IMG/VR virus record: IMGVR_UViG_3300031760_000034
Location: 10,980 to 74,979 of that record
DNA: 64,000 nucleotides
Strand: one strand, 5' to 3'
DNA from: a virus
Lineage: Duplodnaviria; Caudoviricetes
The position numbers were made by a program, and so were the translations under genes. The notes under the pieces were generated by a model. It was not told the origin of the DNA, did no database searches, and worked only from the letters and a program-made list of their open reading frames with translations. Below are positions 15,804-27,700 of the stretch, piece by piece. How positions within the stretch are numbered: position 1 is the stretch's first letter; the number at the start of each line of letters is the position of its first letter.

Positions 15804-16850
15804 ATGTATAGTACTAAAACAGCTATTACAATGACAATGAGTCTCAAAGACTTGTTGGAGAAGCTGAGCGATTATGACATTTATAGCTATTATCTAGGTT
15901 CATTTAAACCTGGAAAGCTTATAAATAGTCCTTTGAGACCAGATGATAAGATACCTAGTTTTGCTATATTTCCTAGTAAGACTGGAGATCTGTTATTTAA
16001 GGATCATGGGACAGGAGAAGCAGGTAATGCTTTGAAATTTATAAAACTATACAAAGGAATTAATACACGAGAAGAGCTTGAACAAGAGCTGTTACGCATC
16101 GTCCGAAAAATGAACCCAATGGGCGGTAAGGCGAGAGCTACAGCCGTAAAAACGGTGGGTTTGGGGCTGACAGATATTGGAATAGTTCGTCAACCATTTA
16201 CTGAAGTAGATAAGCAATACTGGAAGCAATTCCATATTTCTATAGATACTCTAAAAAGGTTTAATGTGTTTAGCATAAAGTATTTCTTGTGCAATAGTAT
16301 TGTACGAGGAGTATATAAAGAAGACAATCCAATGTATGCTTATAAAGTGTATGATAAATTTAAGATTTATCGTCCTTTAGCAAGTAAGTATACTAAATGG
16401 AGAACTAATCTCACAGTAAGACATGTGCAGGGATTAGAGCAGCTTCAGCCTGATGGAGGAGATTTGCTTATAATAACTAAGTCGTTGAAAGACGTAATGT
16501 GTCTACATGAGATGGGATTCCATGCAATTGCTTCTGCAAGTGAAACTACATTTATACCTGAGGATATACTAAATGATTTAAAGAGTAAGTGGGATAATAT
16601 TATCATTCTATATGATAGAGATACTGCAGGAATGCAGAATGCTCGTCAGTATAGTAAACAATATAGCTTAGATGCTATCTTCGTTCATAAGAAGTTTAAG
16701 GCAAAGGACGTATCCGATGCTGTTAAAGCTAACGGATTCGTTGTTGTCAAGAATTGGTTAACTAAAACAGTAGAAAGATATGATAAATTGTATAATAGGA
16801 TCCCTGTTGGGGACATTGATTGGCCTAGTAGGAAGTCTCTGTATTCTTGA
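15804..16850 (+). CDS. dnaG: DNA primase (DnaG/TOPRIM type)
   Basis: N-terminal 'SPLRPDDKIPSF...FKDHG' domain; TOPRIM 'IITKSLKDVM' and 'ILYDRDTAG'. Confidence 0.88.
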   Translation: MYSTKTAITMTMSLKDLLEKLSDYDIYSYYLGSFKPGKLINSPLRPDDKIPSFAIFPSKTGDLLFKDHGTGEAGNALKFIKLYKGINTREELEQELLRIVRKMNPMGGKARATAVKTVGLGLTDIGIVRQPFTEVDKQYWKQFHISIDTLKRFNVFSIKYFLCNSIVRGVYKEDNPMYAYKVYDKFKIYRPLASKYTKWRTNLTVRHVQGLEQLQPDGGDLLIITKSLKDVMCLHEMGFHAIASASETTFIPEDILNDLKSKWDNIIILYDRDTAGMQNARQYSKQYSLDAIFVHKKFKAKDVSDAVKANGFVVVKNWLTKTVERYDKLYNRIPVGDIDWPSRKSLYS

Positions 16851-16927
16851 TTATATGTATAATAAGAATATAAAGAAAATCAAACAGCTGATTGAGGACG
16901 CAAACACTTTTAAGATAACACTTAAAA

Positions 16928-17302
16928 ATGAAATCTAAAGGCAGAGTAAAGAATGCGACGAAGGTCGATGCGTATGGACTACATTTCCGTAGTAAACTCG
17001 AACTCTATACGTATGAAGCTTTTATGAAAGCAGGGATACCTGTTAAATATGAGCCAAAGCATTTTACTCTTCTACCAAAGTTCGAATTTTTAGGCGAAAA
17101 AATAAGACCTATCACATATCTACCAGACTTCGTTGGACGAGGTTTTATAGTAGAATGCAAAGGTCTTATGGGGGATTCGTTCCCTCTACGCTGGAAACTC
17201 TTTAAGTATTATTTACACAAACATCACGCTAAAACAAAACTGTATCTGGTACGTAACCAGAAACAGGTTAACGAGATGATTGAAGAACTTAAGAACAGAT
17301 GA
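16928..17302 (+). CDS. Small PD-(D/E)xK endonuclease (resolvase-like)
   Basis: 'FRSKLE...YEP...YLPDFVGRGFIVECKG'. Confidence 0.8.
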   Translation: MKSKGRVKNATKVDAYGLHFRSKLELYTYEAFMKAGIPVKYEPKHFTLLPKFEFLGEKIRPITYLPDFVGRGFIVECKGLMGDSFPLRWKLFKYYLHKHHAKTKLYLVRNQKQVNEMIEELKNR

Positions 17303-17547
17303 GTTTAGAAGAAGCAAACAAGATAGTAACCATGAGTATATCTTATGATCCTAACGGATGGTATTGGGTAATAGATACTCATACTCCATATGGTAAGATT
17401 ATAGGATATAATAAGCACGATGACCCAAGTGTTGCAGAATTGGAACTCGAAGGGTTTCTTAGATATTTTACTAAGAACGTGCTTAAGAATGGTGATACTA
17501 TACGAGCATATGTTGAGAAACATAAACCAAAGAAAGATGGAGATTAA
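17299..17547 (+). CDS. Small hypothetical protein
   Basis: 82 aa, overlapping both neighbours at their junctions. Confidence 0.6.
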   Translation: MSLEEANKIVTMSISYDPNGWYWVIDTHTPYGKIIGYNKHDDPSVAELELEGFLRYFTKNVLKNGDTIRAYVEKHKPKKDGD

Positions 17548-18526
17548 AATTCCATATTACGAGGACTTAACTCGTATTTCAAACAGTAACATAGGCTGGT
17601 TTCTACAGAAGGGACCAGCCTATTTACATAAGATGTTAACTAACCCTCCTCCAGAGGAGAAGAATTATGTTCTAGAGCGTGGAACCTTAATCCATGAATA
17701 CTTACTTCAGCCTGAAGAGTTCCAAAAAGACTATGTAGTCTGGGACAAAAGTAGACCTACTTCTGCACAGCAGGAGAAGTTCTGTCAGGCACTAGCATCC
17801 ACGCTTGAAATAGAGCCTAATAGAGCCATTCTAAGCGCCTATAAAGAAGCGTATAGTATAGCAGGAAAGTCGGAAGACAAAATGCTGTCAGAAGGCCTTA
17901 AAATAGCCTCTACGTTGAAGGATTACATAGACTTCCTGAAAGCAAATGATGGGAGAACTATGATTAGTCCTTATGAGTACCAAATGCTTGAGAAAATTAA
18001 GCAGAACGTACAGTCCCACAAGCTTGCTTGGCATATAATAGATGCACCGTTAAGAGCAGCTGAACTGTGTGATTACGAAGCACATCATGAATTCCATATA
18101 AACTGGGAATGGAGAGGTGTACAATGTAAATCTCTACTCGATGGTCTTACTCTTGATTTTAAGAATAAGAAAGCTATTATCTATGACTTAAAGACTACAC
18201 AAAAGTTGTGGCACTTTGAGGATAGTATAGACCAGTATGACTACTTAAGACAGCTGTGTTATTATGAACAAGCTGTTGTATGGTATTTAGAGAATGAATG
18301 CGGAGAAAATCCTATAACATGGGACTTTGAATTCTACATTATTGGTATAGATACTACAGGTAGTTATGAGATTCGTACATTTTATATTGATAAACATATG
18401 GTTATTTCTAGATTAGCTATTATCCAGGATACTCTAGATGCTATTAAATGGCATCAGGCTAACAACAAATGGGAACATAGTAGAGAGTACTATGAAGGTG
18501 ATGGCTCAGAAACCTTAAACCTATGA
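17537..18526 (+). CDS. RecB-family (PD-(D/E)xK, RecE/ExoVIII-like) exonuclease
   Basis: 'YYEDLTRISNSNI', 'GTLIHEYLLQP', 'CKSLLD...IYDLKTT', 'YLRQLCYY'. Likely start is ATG 17537. Confidence 0.85.
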   Translation: MEIKIPYYEDLTRISNSNIGWFLQKGPAYLHKMLTNPPPEEKNYVLERGTLIHEYLLQPEEFQKDYVVWDKSRPTSAQQEKFCQALASTLEIEPNRAILSAYKEAYSIAGKSEDKMLSEGLKIASTLKDYIDFLKANDGRTMISPYEYQMLEKIKQNVQSHKLAWHIIDAPLRAAELCDYEAHHEFHINWEWRGVQCKSLLDGLTLDFKNKKAIIYDLKTTQKLWHFEDSIDQYDYLRQLCYYEQAVVWYLENECGENPITWDFEFYIIGIDTTGSYEIRTFYIDKHMVISRLAIIQDTLDAIKWHQANNKWEHSREYYEGDGSETLNL

Positions 18527-19008
18527 ATTTTATACACAAATTTATTTTACCACTGTTAAGTGATAAACTTACTCTCGACGATATTTCTATAGATGCAGGT
18601 TTTTGTGGATTAGCTACTAAGGATATAAACAGACCTTATCTAGATAATCATATATTTCTTATATACAGTATAGAAATGAATAATAAAGCCATTGCTGTAC
18701 GCAAGAAGCTTGCATCTTTAGATATATATAATAAAATAGACTGTAAGATAAAGGGGAAGTCTTATAGGATATTCTGTTTTCCTATAATAGGAAAAACAAT
18801 ACCAACCTTAATGTCAAATATCATTGGATTGACAGACCATGAGACATTACAGGTTTATAAGTTTTGGAAGTTCACAGATGATGATATAAACAAGAAGATG
18901 ATAGATATTACATATTGTCCTCAAATGTTCAAAGAGTCTATGGTTCCAGAATTTGATTATTCCCCAAATATTAAGTTTGACAAAGAAGGGCGAGCACTCA
19001 TTTGTTGA
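18523..19008 (+). CDS. Hypothetical protein, last gene of the early arm
   Basis: 161 aa; ATGA overlap with the exonuclease gene. Confidence 0.75.
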   Translation: MNFIHKFILPLLSDKLTLDDISIDAGFCGLATKDINRPYLDNHIFLIYSIEMNNKAIAVRKKLASLDIYNKIDCKIKGKSYRIFCFPIIGKTIPTLMSNIIGLTDHETLQVYKFWKFTDDDINKKMIDITYCPQMFKESMVPEFDYSPNIKFDKEGRALIC

Positions 19009-19031
19009 GTGTCCGCCCTTTGTTTGTTTTT
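18986..19031 (+). terminator. Intrinsic terminator at the convergence of the two arms
   Basis: AAGGGCG-AGCACTCA-TTTGT-TGAGTGT-CCGCCCTT hairpin followed by TGTTTGTTTTT. Confidence 0.75.
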
Positions 19032-19064
19032 GTATTAACATGACCAATTCAGATAGAATCATTT

Positions 19065-22000
19065 TCAATACATAGATGAACCTGTTTTCTTTGAGCTTTT
19101 CTTACTTGATGAAGATGAGCTTGAAGAATTGGTTTTTCTGTCTGGTTTTGCCGAAAGTGTGCTTGTAGGAGCAACCTTATTGATATAATAGTTAGAGCTG
19201 CTTATATTGCCATAAGGTTCTGTATTTCTAACTATATTATCCATACCCCATTCAGGCTTGATTACGCCCATGGTCTTCATGAAATCTCTGAACATAACCG
19301 ATTTACCTTTATAACTCCCGCTCTAAACTGGTTGCTCATAAGGTGGAGCTTCCTAACTATCCAAACCAAGGACATCCTACTTGAATACATTTATCATATC
19401 TCCGAAGAAATCTATTGAATAACCTAAGTTATCAATGAATGATTTAGAAATAGCAACACTGTTGACTATATCAAGTGCTGTTAACGGAGATAAGAACGGG
19501 ATTTGCGCAGAACGTTCAGAAATAGCAGCTACATTGATGGCATATAAGAATTCAGATGCCCATTCTTTAGGATATTTAGTAACAAGCATTGACGTGAATA
19601 TTGTCATAAGACTTGTTAAAGCAAGCATACCTACAGCAACTGATAATCTACGCAAAGCATATACTTCATTTGTAGTAAACTTTCTACCTTTTATTCCATG
19701 AGTATTATAGTCATACTCTACTCCACGCATTTTACATTTTAAATGCTTCCAGCAGTTCAAAAGATTACGTATTACAGGAAGTGTACCTAAAGCTGACAAC
19801 ATTCTCCATTGACCACGTTCAATAGTACCAGTCTCGAAATTATACTATCCTTCAAATTCTTTGTCTTCTGAAGTAAGATATACTCCGCTCTTCTTAGGTT
19901 TAGATTTATAATACCTAATAGCCTATTTATATTTACCTGGTTGCGATTCTCTAGCGTACTCATTAGAAGGTTGCGCTTGATCTATAGCTTTAGAATATTC
20001 TGCAAAGTCATGACCAGCTTTTAAGTTATCGAAGTTCTATGTCAAGAACCAACCACGCATCTAAAGTACAAGAGCTCCTAAATAGTTTTGGCTAAACGCC
20101 GAACCACTAGTAGAATCAAGGATACCGTTTACAACAGCACTTCTTTCACGAATAATACCATGCACACGAGTCTCTATTTTACGAGATTCACGTTCTCCTT
20201 GTTCGTTTTCGTAACCAACATTAGTTGAAACTTTAGGTCTTACCTTATCTCTATACTGATCTACTATTTTAATATTCCCGTCTGGTCCTATTTCGTACGC
20301 GTCGTATAAAGTAGTTTTTGCCTTCTTCCATGCGCGTTTACCTTCCTTCATAGACTGCCCAGCTTTATGATACGCATACATAGCTTGATCTTTAGTCATA
20401 AATTTCTCTTCGCCAGTATTAGGATCTACTACGAGTCTTGTAGCATGATATGTCATTGCAGTAATCCACCCTTTAAATGTGAAATCTACAAGCGTATATT
20501 CTCCCATATGGAAGAAACGACCAAATACACGTCTTAACCAAGTCTCATTATGTCTACTAAATATTTCAGATATACTATTAGTAGCACCGTTGTATTGCAT
20601 AAGAGCTACCAGCTTAGATTTAGCTTTGGTTTTACCTACACTAGCAATAGCTTTGAAGATCTCTCCTCCTACTATCTTATTTCCCCACAAAGCATCTTGT
20701 ACAGTAAAGTACTTTCCAGCAAGTATTTCTTGAGTAAGAGTAGATGCGGAATCGTATGCGTTTTTAAGTACTGCTCGCCAGTTATGGCTCATAAGCATAG
20801 AGTGAGCTTTAGATGCTAATTTATCTGTAATAGCTGCCAGTCTACGCTCTGTTTGATTCATTTTACCTCCCTTAAATCCAGTTCTAGTACGCCCATATAC
20901 ATACATCTAAATAAACTTTTTAAGTCTGTATGCCTGATGCATAAAGTTACCACTCTTGTTTCCTTCTACACCACCTTCTAGTTGAAGTTGAAGAGCTTGG
21001 AACATAGGAGCAAGTTTAGATTTATTTTGGAAGTTGCAAGCCATTTCGTAGAACATTGCTACAGTACCTATGACATCAGTACACGTCATAGAAGGATCGT
21101 CTAAAGGCTGTACCCATCTCTAAGGAACTGTTTCCACAATAGTGCCATCGGGACGAGTAGTCATTTCCTCATTATACCTAGTATCTCTTTCAGTAAAGTT
21201 GAATGTATCAAATCCAAATGTAGCGGCTACAATACCGTTTCCTATACCGTGACGGAATAGCATATGAGCATCTCTATCGCGCATTTGAGGAAGTCTATAT
21301 TTATTATTTGGATTAAGATTCGGCATCATCTTATAAGCTTCTTCCATAGTGTCTATTAGAAGTTTATAAACTTTACCAAGTTCTTTATCAGCTTTACTTG
21401 TACCATTTACAAGTTTGTCATATTGAGGATTTTTATATTTGTCTTTAAGCTATAGAGATTCTCCACCTTGTACAAAGTTTCTATTGACCCAAGCAGAATT
21501 TAAGTCTATGTCTGTAAACGGAGAGTTTAACATATCGACAATAGGAGCAATACCGTACTTGTTCTATACGCCTCCAACAGGTCTTATATATTTAAATACA
21601 CTTAAAGGAACTCTATGACCTTTTTCGTCTGTATAGTAGTAATCGTCGTAGAATTTTGTAAGTGCGGAAGGATCTGTTTGAGATTGTATAAGAGCTTTAT
21701 TATATAGAGTACGGAGATATGTCTCGTTTGTAAGCTATCCGCCTGCGTAAGCCATTACATCGGCACTCTCAAATACATCCTACCATTTCTCTGGACCAGC
21801 AATATAATTAGGTTTGCCATAAGATCTCCAGAAGTCTGCTATTTCTTGATCTATACGTTGTAATTCTTTCCAAGCATCTTTGTTTAATAATTCAAGATGT
21901 GGAGTATAGAATCCTTTTTTGTTCACTGCAGACATTATCTTACGTTTTCTGTTCTGTAGTTCTCTTACTTCTTCTGGCAAATCTTTATGCGGTACTAAAT

Positions 22001-24710
22001 CCTAAAGTTCTGGATTTACTGCTTTATACTAATATTGATTATTAAAGTCAATATGTTGAGGACTATTCTAACCGTATTTGTTTATTATATACTACTCGGC
22101 TTGATTAAACTTCTGTCTATTTTGTTTAGTTTTTATAAACTAGCTTTGGAAGTAGTACCAAGCTGACAATTCATTGGCAATATCGAGAGCGTCTCCACTC
22201 TTTTCAACTACACTAGTAACGTTGCCTTGATTATCTTTAGTTATAATATACGGATTAGATAGATCCTGTCGTTCTTGTTGTAACTATTTTAATTGTAACT
22301 ATTCAAGTCTCGAAAGATCAGCTACAATAGGAACACCGATATTTGGATCCGTGCATTTATCCAGCAAGGTATGAATTTGCTCGTCTAGTCGCTATACAAC
22401 AGTTATTGTAGGCTTAGAAAGGAACTGTAATCTATTTATATAGTAATCTACAGTATATCTCATATTAGCCTCTCCATCCAACCATTTATAGTAATCAGTA
22501 TAGAAATCTATATACTGTTGTTTAGTATCAAATACAAACTCTTGGCTTTCTGGATCTATTTTAACATTATGTTTATCTACCAGTTGAGCAAGCTTCTTAT
22601 CTCTGTTTTTGTTAAACTAACCTTTATTATATTCGTTTACAAAGTATCCAGTTGGGAGCCCTTCGTCATCTAACTCACAGAATTGGCGCATAAAGTTCTT
22701 TGGTGATAATTTAGTACCAAGAGAATTCTCTTGCGCGTTTAGAGCCGATTTATAAGCGTCTACGAGGCTATTTCCTTTTACCAAAGCTCTTTGGAATACA
22801 TCTCTATTTGCTTCTGTAGTAATATATTCAACAAGACGGATTATAGGACTAGAAGCAGATACGGCAGGACCGAAGAACTATTCCATAGGATTAGCTTCAC
22901 CGTTGTTTATTTGGTTCTTTGCCCACAACATTGCATTAGCTTTAAATCTCTCCTTATCACCTACATCTACAAGATAGTCTGAATATATATCTATCACATG
23001 CCTTGTATATTCTTCCAAGATGGAATTAAATGCTCCAGATGCAGTTTCTATAGCGCCATCAAGATATCTTAAAAGCTGTGGCAAATTATTATTGTACTGA
23101 TTAATTTCATTTTTATTACTGTATAACAAAGGTCTAACATACTGACGCATCACATTGCCGTAATAACCTATTATATCAGTCTTAATATGCATAAAATCAG
23201 CAACATCGAGTGACTCTATAGCAGTTTGTCCACCAGAAAGAATACCATTCAGCTTACTAATGGCTATATTCATATCTTGAGAAGCCCTGTTTACAAAGTC
23301 TCCAATGACGCTAATTACATCAGCTTCCTGATCAGCATTCTTCTTACGAAGATTCTATAGCTAGATCTGAATATTATATATTTCCTAGTTATCTGGTACA
23401 GGTCTAGCCTTCTCAGATGCTAATTTAGCCTCAAGAGTTTCTTCAATCTTGTAGAATGCATCTTTTAGATTTATATCAGACTGAAATACTGTACCACTAT
23501 ATTTTTCGTAATACAATATCTCTTGTTTGGTATTACTAAGGTCTTCGTTTAATGAGAAATACGTAGATATAAGGTCGAGCATGTTCTGAGAATTATTTCT
23601 ATTCTCATTCAAAGGCTTACCTATAACCTCTCGTATCATATTGTTAAACTTATGCCAGAATGATTTAAATGTATCTTTAAGCTTATCTGATAAAGTCCAT
23701 TTACCATCTACGCTTTGTACAATATGATCTACCAATGCTTCTTCTACAGTTCTAGAGTCGCTCTTCTTACCGAACTTCTTCCAACGCTAGTCTACAGCAA
23801 GTAGTGCTTCCTATACTACTTCGCTATCCCAGAACATTCTTATATATCTGTGAGCAAGTTCGTGTATGATAGTAGTAGCATCACCATCCTACATGGATAT
23901 GTAGATTATACTACACAATGCGTTAGCTTGACCCTATTCTACAAATGCGCCAGGATGTTTTACTCCGTTTTCATCAGTCCAATCATGCTCACTAAGAGAG
24001 TTTACAAAATGTACTCGAAGCTGCTAGTTCTTATCAGTGCCGTCGTATTTATAGTAATATGTCCCGTCACTAAGATTTACACGCTTTAACTTGAATACTT
24101 TAGCTAGATGCTTTTGAGCAGCGGACATGCATTCGCGTACTTTATTCTCATCCCAAGTCTTTCTAGCGTCGATCTTCATTCCATATATCTCTAGAGCTGA
24201 ATAATTATGCTCTGCAGTTAATACTTCTGCAATATACGAGTTGATGAAATCTTGCCTAGCATCGTGAATAGCAGAATCAATAGCCTGCTGTCTCCAAGGT
24301 ATATTTTGCTTCTCGAAATCAGCTAACACCTTAGATACATTAGAATCATTACCAAGTAATTCTTGTATAGAAGAACTGTCACAAGACCCTACAATCATAG
24401 AAGCGCTCGGTTCTCCATTACGATCTAATGTGCCTGTAGTAAGACCGTCCATAGTCCAGTCACCATTTGCTTCTATAAATTGCGGCATATAAGCAAGAGC
24501 CTTTTTTAATACGGCTTGCTTTTCATTACCACCAGCCTATTGAAGCAGTGTCAAATATAAGTCAGACGTATCTCCTTGCGGAGTGGCGTCTAACGGAAAG
24601 CCATTATTCATAGCGAGAAGATAGTAGGCAGCATCTTCACTGCCTACTAAATCCGCATATTTTTTTAATAAGGCTTTGTTTTCTTTATCTTTTAAATTTA
24701 AACAAACCAT
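19065..24710 (-). CDS. Large virion cargo/ejection protein (1881 aa with TAG=Gln) containing a zincin HExxH motif
   Basis: All nine track fragments are in one frame. I read the gaps and found only TAG, never TAA or TGA, from ATG 24710 to TGA 19065. HELAH at 23850-23864. Confidence 0.85.
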
Positions 24711-24711
24711 A

Positions 24712-27700
24712 TTATTTACATTGATTTTCTCTTAAGTTTTTACCAAGATTAGCTAATTCCGTTATCTAGTTTTCCTGAGAACCAAATAATTCTAACTATT
24801 TAGGTTCGTTTGGATCTTCAGACAACTTAAGCTTATTATACTCATTTGTATTATTTAATAACTACCAAACACCATTCTTCCTAAATGCCCTGAAATTAGT
24901 TCCATATAATTTGTTAACCTTTTTTACGTGAGATAATTTTTCTTTACTAGAATACCCAGTACTTTCTACTACGTAAGAATATAAGTGATTATATATACTC
25001 TATACAGACCAGCCGTAATAATTTCCGTTTATATCTGGTTTATAGTTTTTCTAGTCTTCAAACAAAGGTGTTACTTTTGATACGTAATCTATTCCATTTT
25101 CTCCATTAGATATTTCAAATACATTATTTTGTAATCCTTGTTTAGAATATATTCTTATGGGAACATTTACAAATTCGTCGTCTATAGTAACGTTTCCGTT
25201 GAGAGTAAAGAAGAAAGATTTTTCAAACACAAACACAGCACCTTTATTGGATTGTGTAAGAGGATGATGCGCTCCTTGTGGAACCTGCAAGCTATCTTCC
25301 GCTACATCTTTAGGAAGTTTCATAACGGTATCAAAATATTCATCGTCTGTATCTTCAGGAAGTTCTTTTACTATTTCTCCGATAACTCTTCTGTTTTCAA
25401 AGTTTACATGGTTACAATCATTTAAGGCTTTATGATTCACTTTTATATTATCATTCTCCTTTGCATATCTATCCATCAGTTCCTTATTTGGATTAGTAAG
25501 CAAAACAACCAACGCATCTTTAATAGTTTTCTCTAACGATTTATATTCTTTTGTTATACCAAACAATTGAGCAATTGCAGAAATTAATCGCTGGAATACG
25601 TTTTCTCCTTTATGTCTACGGTCAAAATCTTTTATATGCTCTACAAAAGAAGGTTTTCCAAGTTCTGCGACCATTTCTGCTGGACTAGTATATCCGTATG
25701 TATCGTTGTCCTATGTCCAGAATGAAAAAGCAGCTTCAATATCTACACCAACCTTTGGCTATCCGTTTTCATAGAAGTGTTGTTTTATAAAATCTTCTTT
25801 TAATAGACGATAACACTCTTCTATTTCTTCAATAGCTATTCTAATCTCCTGTGGTAGTTTATCTCTGTTTGCTGTTTCAAGATAATAAGATGTAGCAGCA
25901 TGAATGGCTTCGTGTAGCAAAGTGTTTGTCTACATATATTCTGGATTAGAATTATATAATATTTTATTTTCACTAGCTATAAATCTGCCACTTACGTCCT
26001 CATCTAATGTTGCTGCCTCAAATACTATATCAGAATTACGTAGAGCATTGAACACAATATCTGTAAGTTTAGATTCAGATGAACCTTCTGGGTATTTAGA
26101 CTTTAACAAATTGTAAACTTCGTCTATAGAAGAAGTGTTATTATAATTTAATGTCTCTTTAAACACATTTCTTATAGCTTCTTTACCGGTATCTGTTATT
26201 TCTCTAGTACCAATTACAGCTGCGTGCTGAGTAAGTCTAGGAGTATCTATTGATTTAAATGTAATCAAATCTAACCATTTGTTTGAATTCTAATCAAAGA
26301 AATATACAGGAATTCCTCTTTGTAATGCCCTTTGTACAGCGTATGCAGTTCCGCCATTTACTTGTGGTTTATAAGAATGAACTGATTTTGTAGGATCTGT
26401 TGTATTATCTGGTTTAGAATAATCTCTAACCATAGTATACGTACCTATAGCAAACACAGCGTCCGCTTTATCTGCCTACATCATATCTCTACGAACGAGT
26501 TTTCCTGCGTATGTGTCTTCAGACAATACATTTCTGTTAATTTCTGCAGCTACTTGTTCATATTCAGCGTTCAATCTATCTTTCCATTCATCAGACAAAG
26601 AATCGTAATCGTTTGTAGTATACTCTTTTACCTTTATACCAAACTACCTCGCCATTATAGCCCATTCTGTGTCAGAACCTATCGCACCGCCAGAATAGAA
26701 TTCAGCAGTAGATGTGTCAAATATAAGGTTATCGTTTTGTGCTTCTACAGAAGGTTCATAAGTTCTAGCACCAATCTCTTCAGCTTCTTGTTTATTTTTA
26801 GCAGGTTGTTCGATTTCAACAACTCCATCTTCTGCTAAATGCACACCGGCTGCGTCTTTCATAAGTTCTGCTAATACTGGGTCTTTTGTAAATGCATTTA
26901 TCATAGCCATTTCTGTACCTACGTTATTAGCAGCACTTAATTTGCCCAAGAATGCCGTCATGATATCAGAAACGCTTCCTCCTTGTATACCCATAGCTTG
27001 TTTAGCTATCATCATTGACTCTGTAAATTGAGCGCTGATTCCAGCTATAGCAGTAGATTCCTATATACTAGCATCGCTTCTACGCATCTCATATACTGTA
27101 TCGTGCGGGAACTTATTACCTTTAGGATCAACCATAACGTATATAAGTTTTCCGTTTGTTGTATACGAAAGCTTCTTATATATAGTGTAATTTCTAGGAG
27201 AATGAGGATCTGAACAATTTCTCTTTATCTTGATATATTCCTCGTCTGAGAACTGCTCTATATCTGCATTTTCTTTTATTAACATAATAGGAATTGATAC
27301 TTCTGGAGCATTTCTACCTTCGTAGTAATACCTACCAGTATAATATCCTTTTGCCTCAAAGAATACGCCATCTGCTTTTATAGTAGGAATAAACTTATCG
27401 TCAAACCAGTTGTTAAGTATAATCTCCTCTACGTTTATAGGAAGTTCATCAGTACTGTTTTGATACAACTCAAGCTGATCTTGCATATATTGAGCATAAC
27501 TATCTTTTGTTGTATCGTTATCATAAGAATTAAGCTTCCATGAGTTAGGTATATACTTAAATAAGTTGTTGCCAGAATTACCTCCAGATGTTATATATGC
27601 ATACATAATAAGGTCTCTTGCAAACATTCTTATTTCTGGGTGCAACGTATCGTTTAACAATTCATCCCAGGCTTCTGCCATATCATCTTCGTTGACATGA

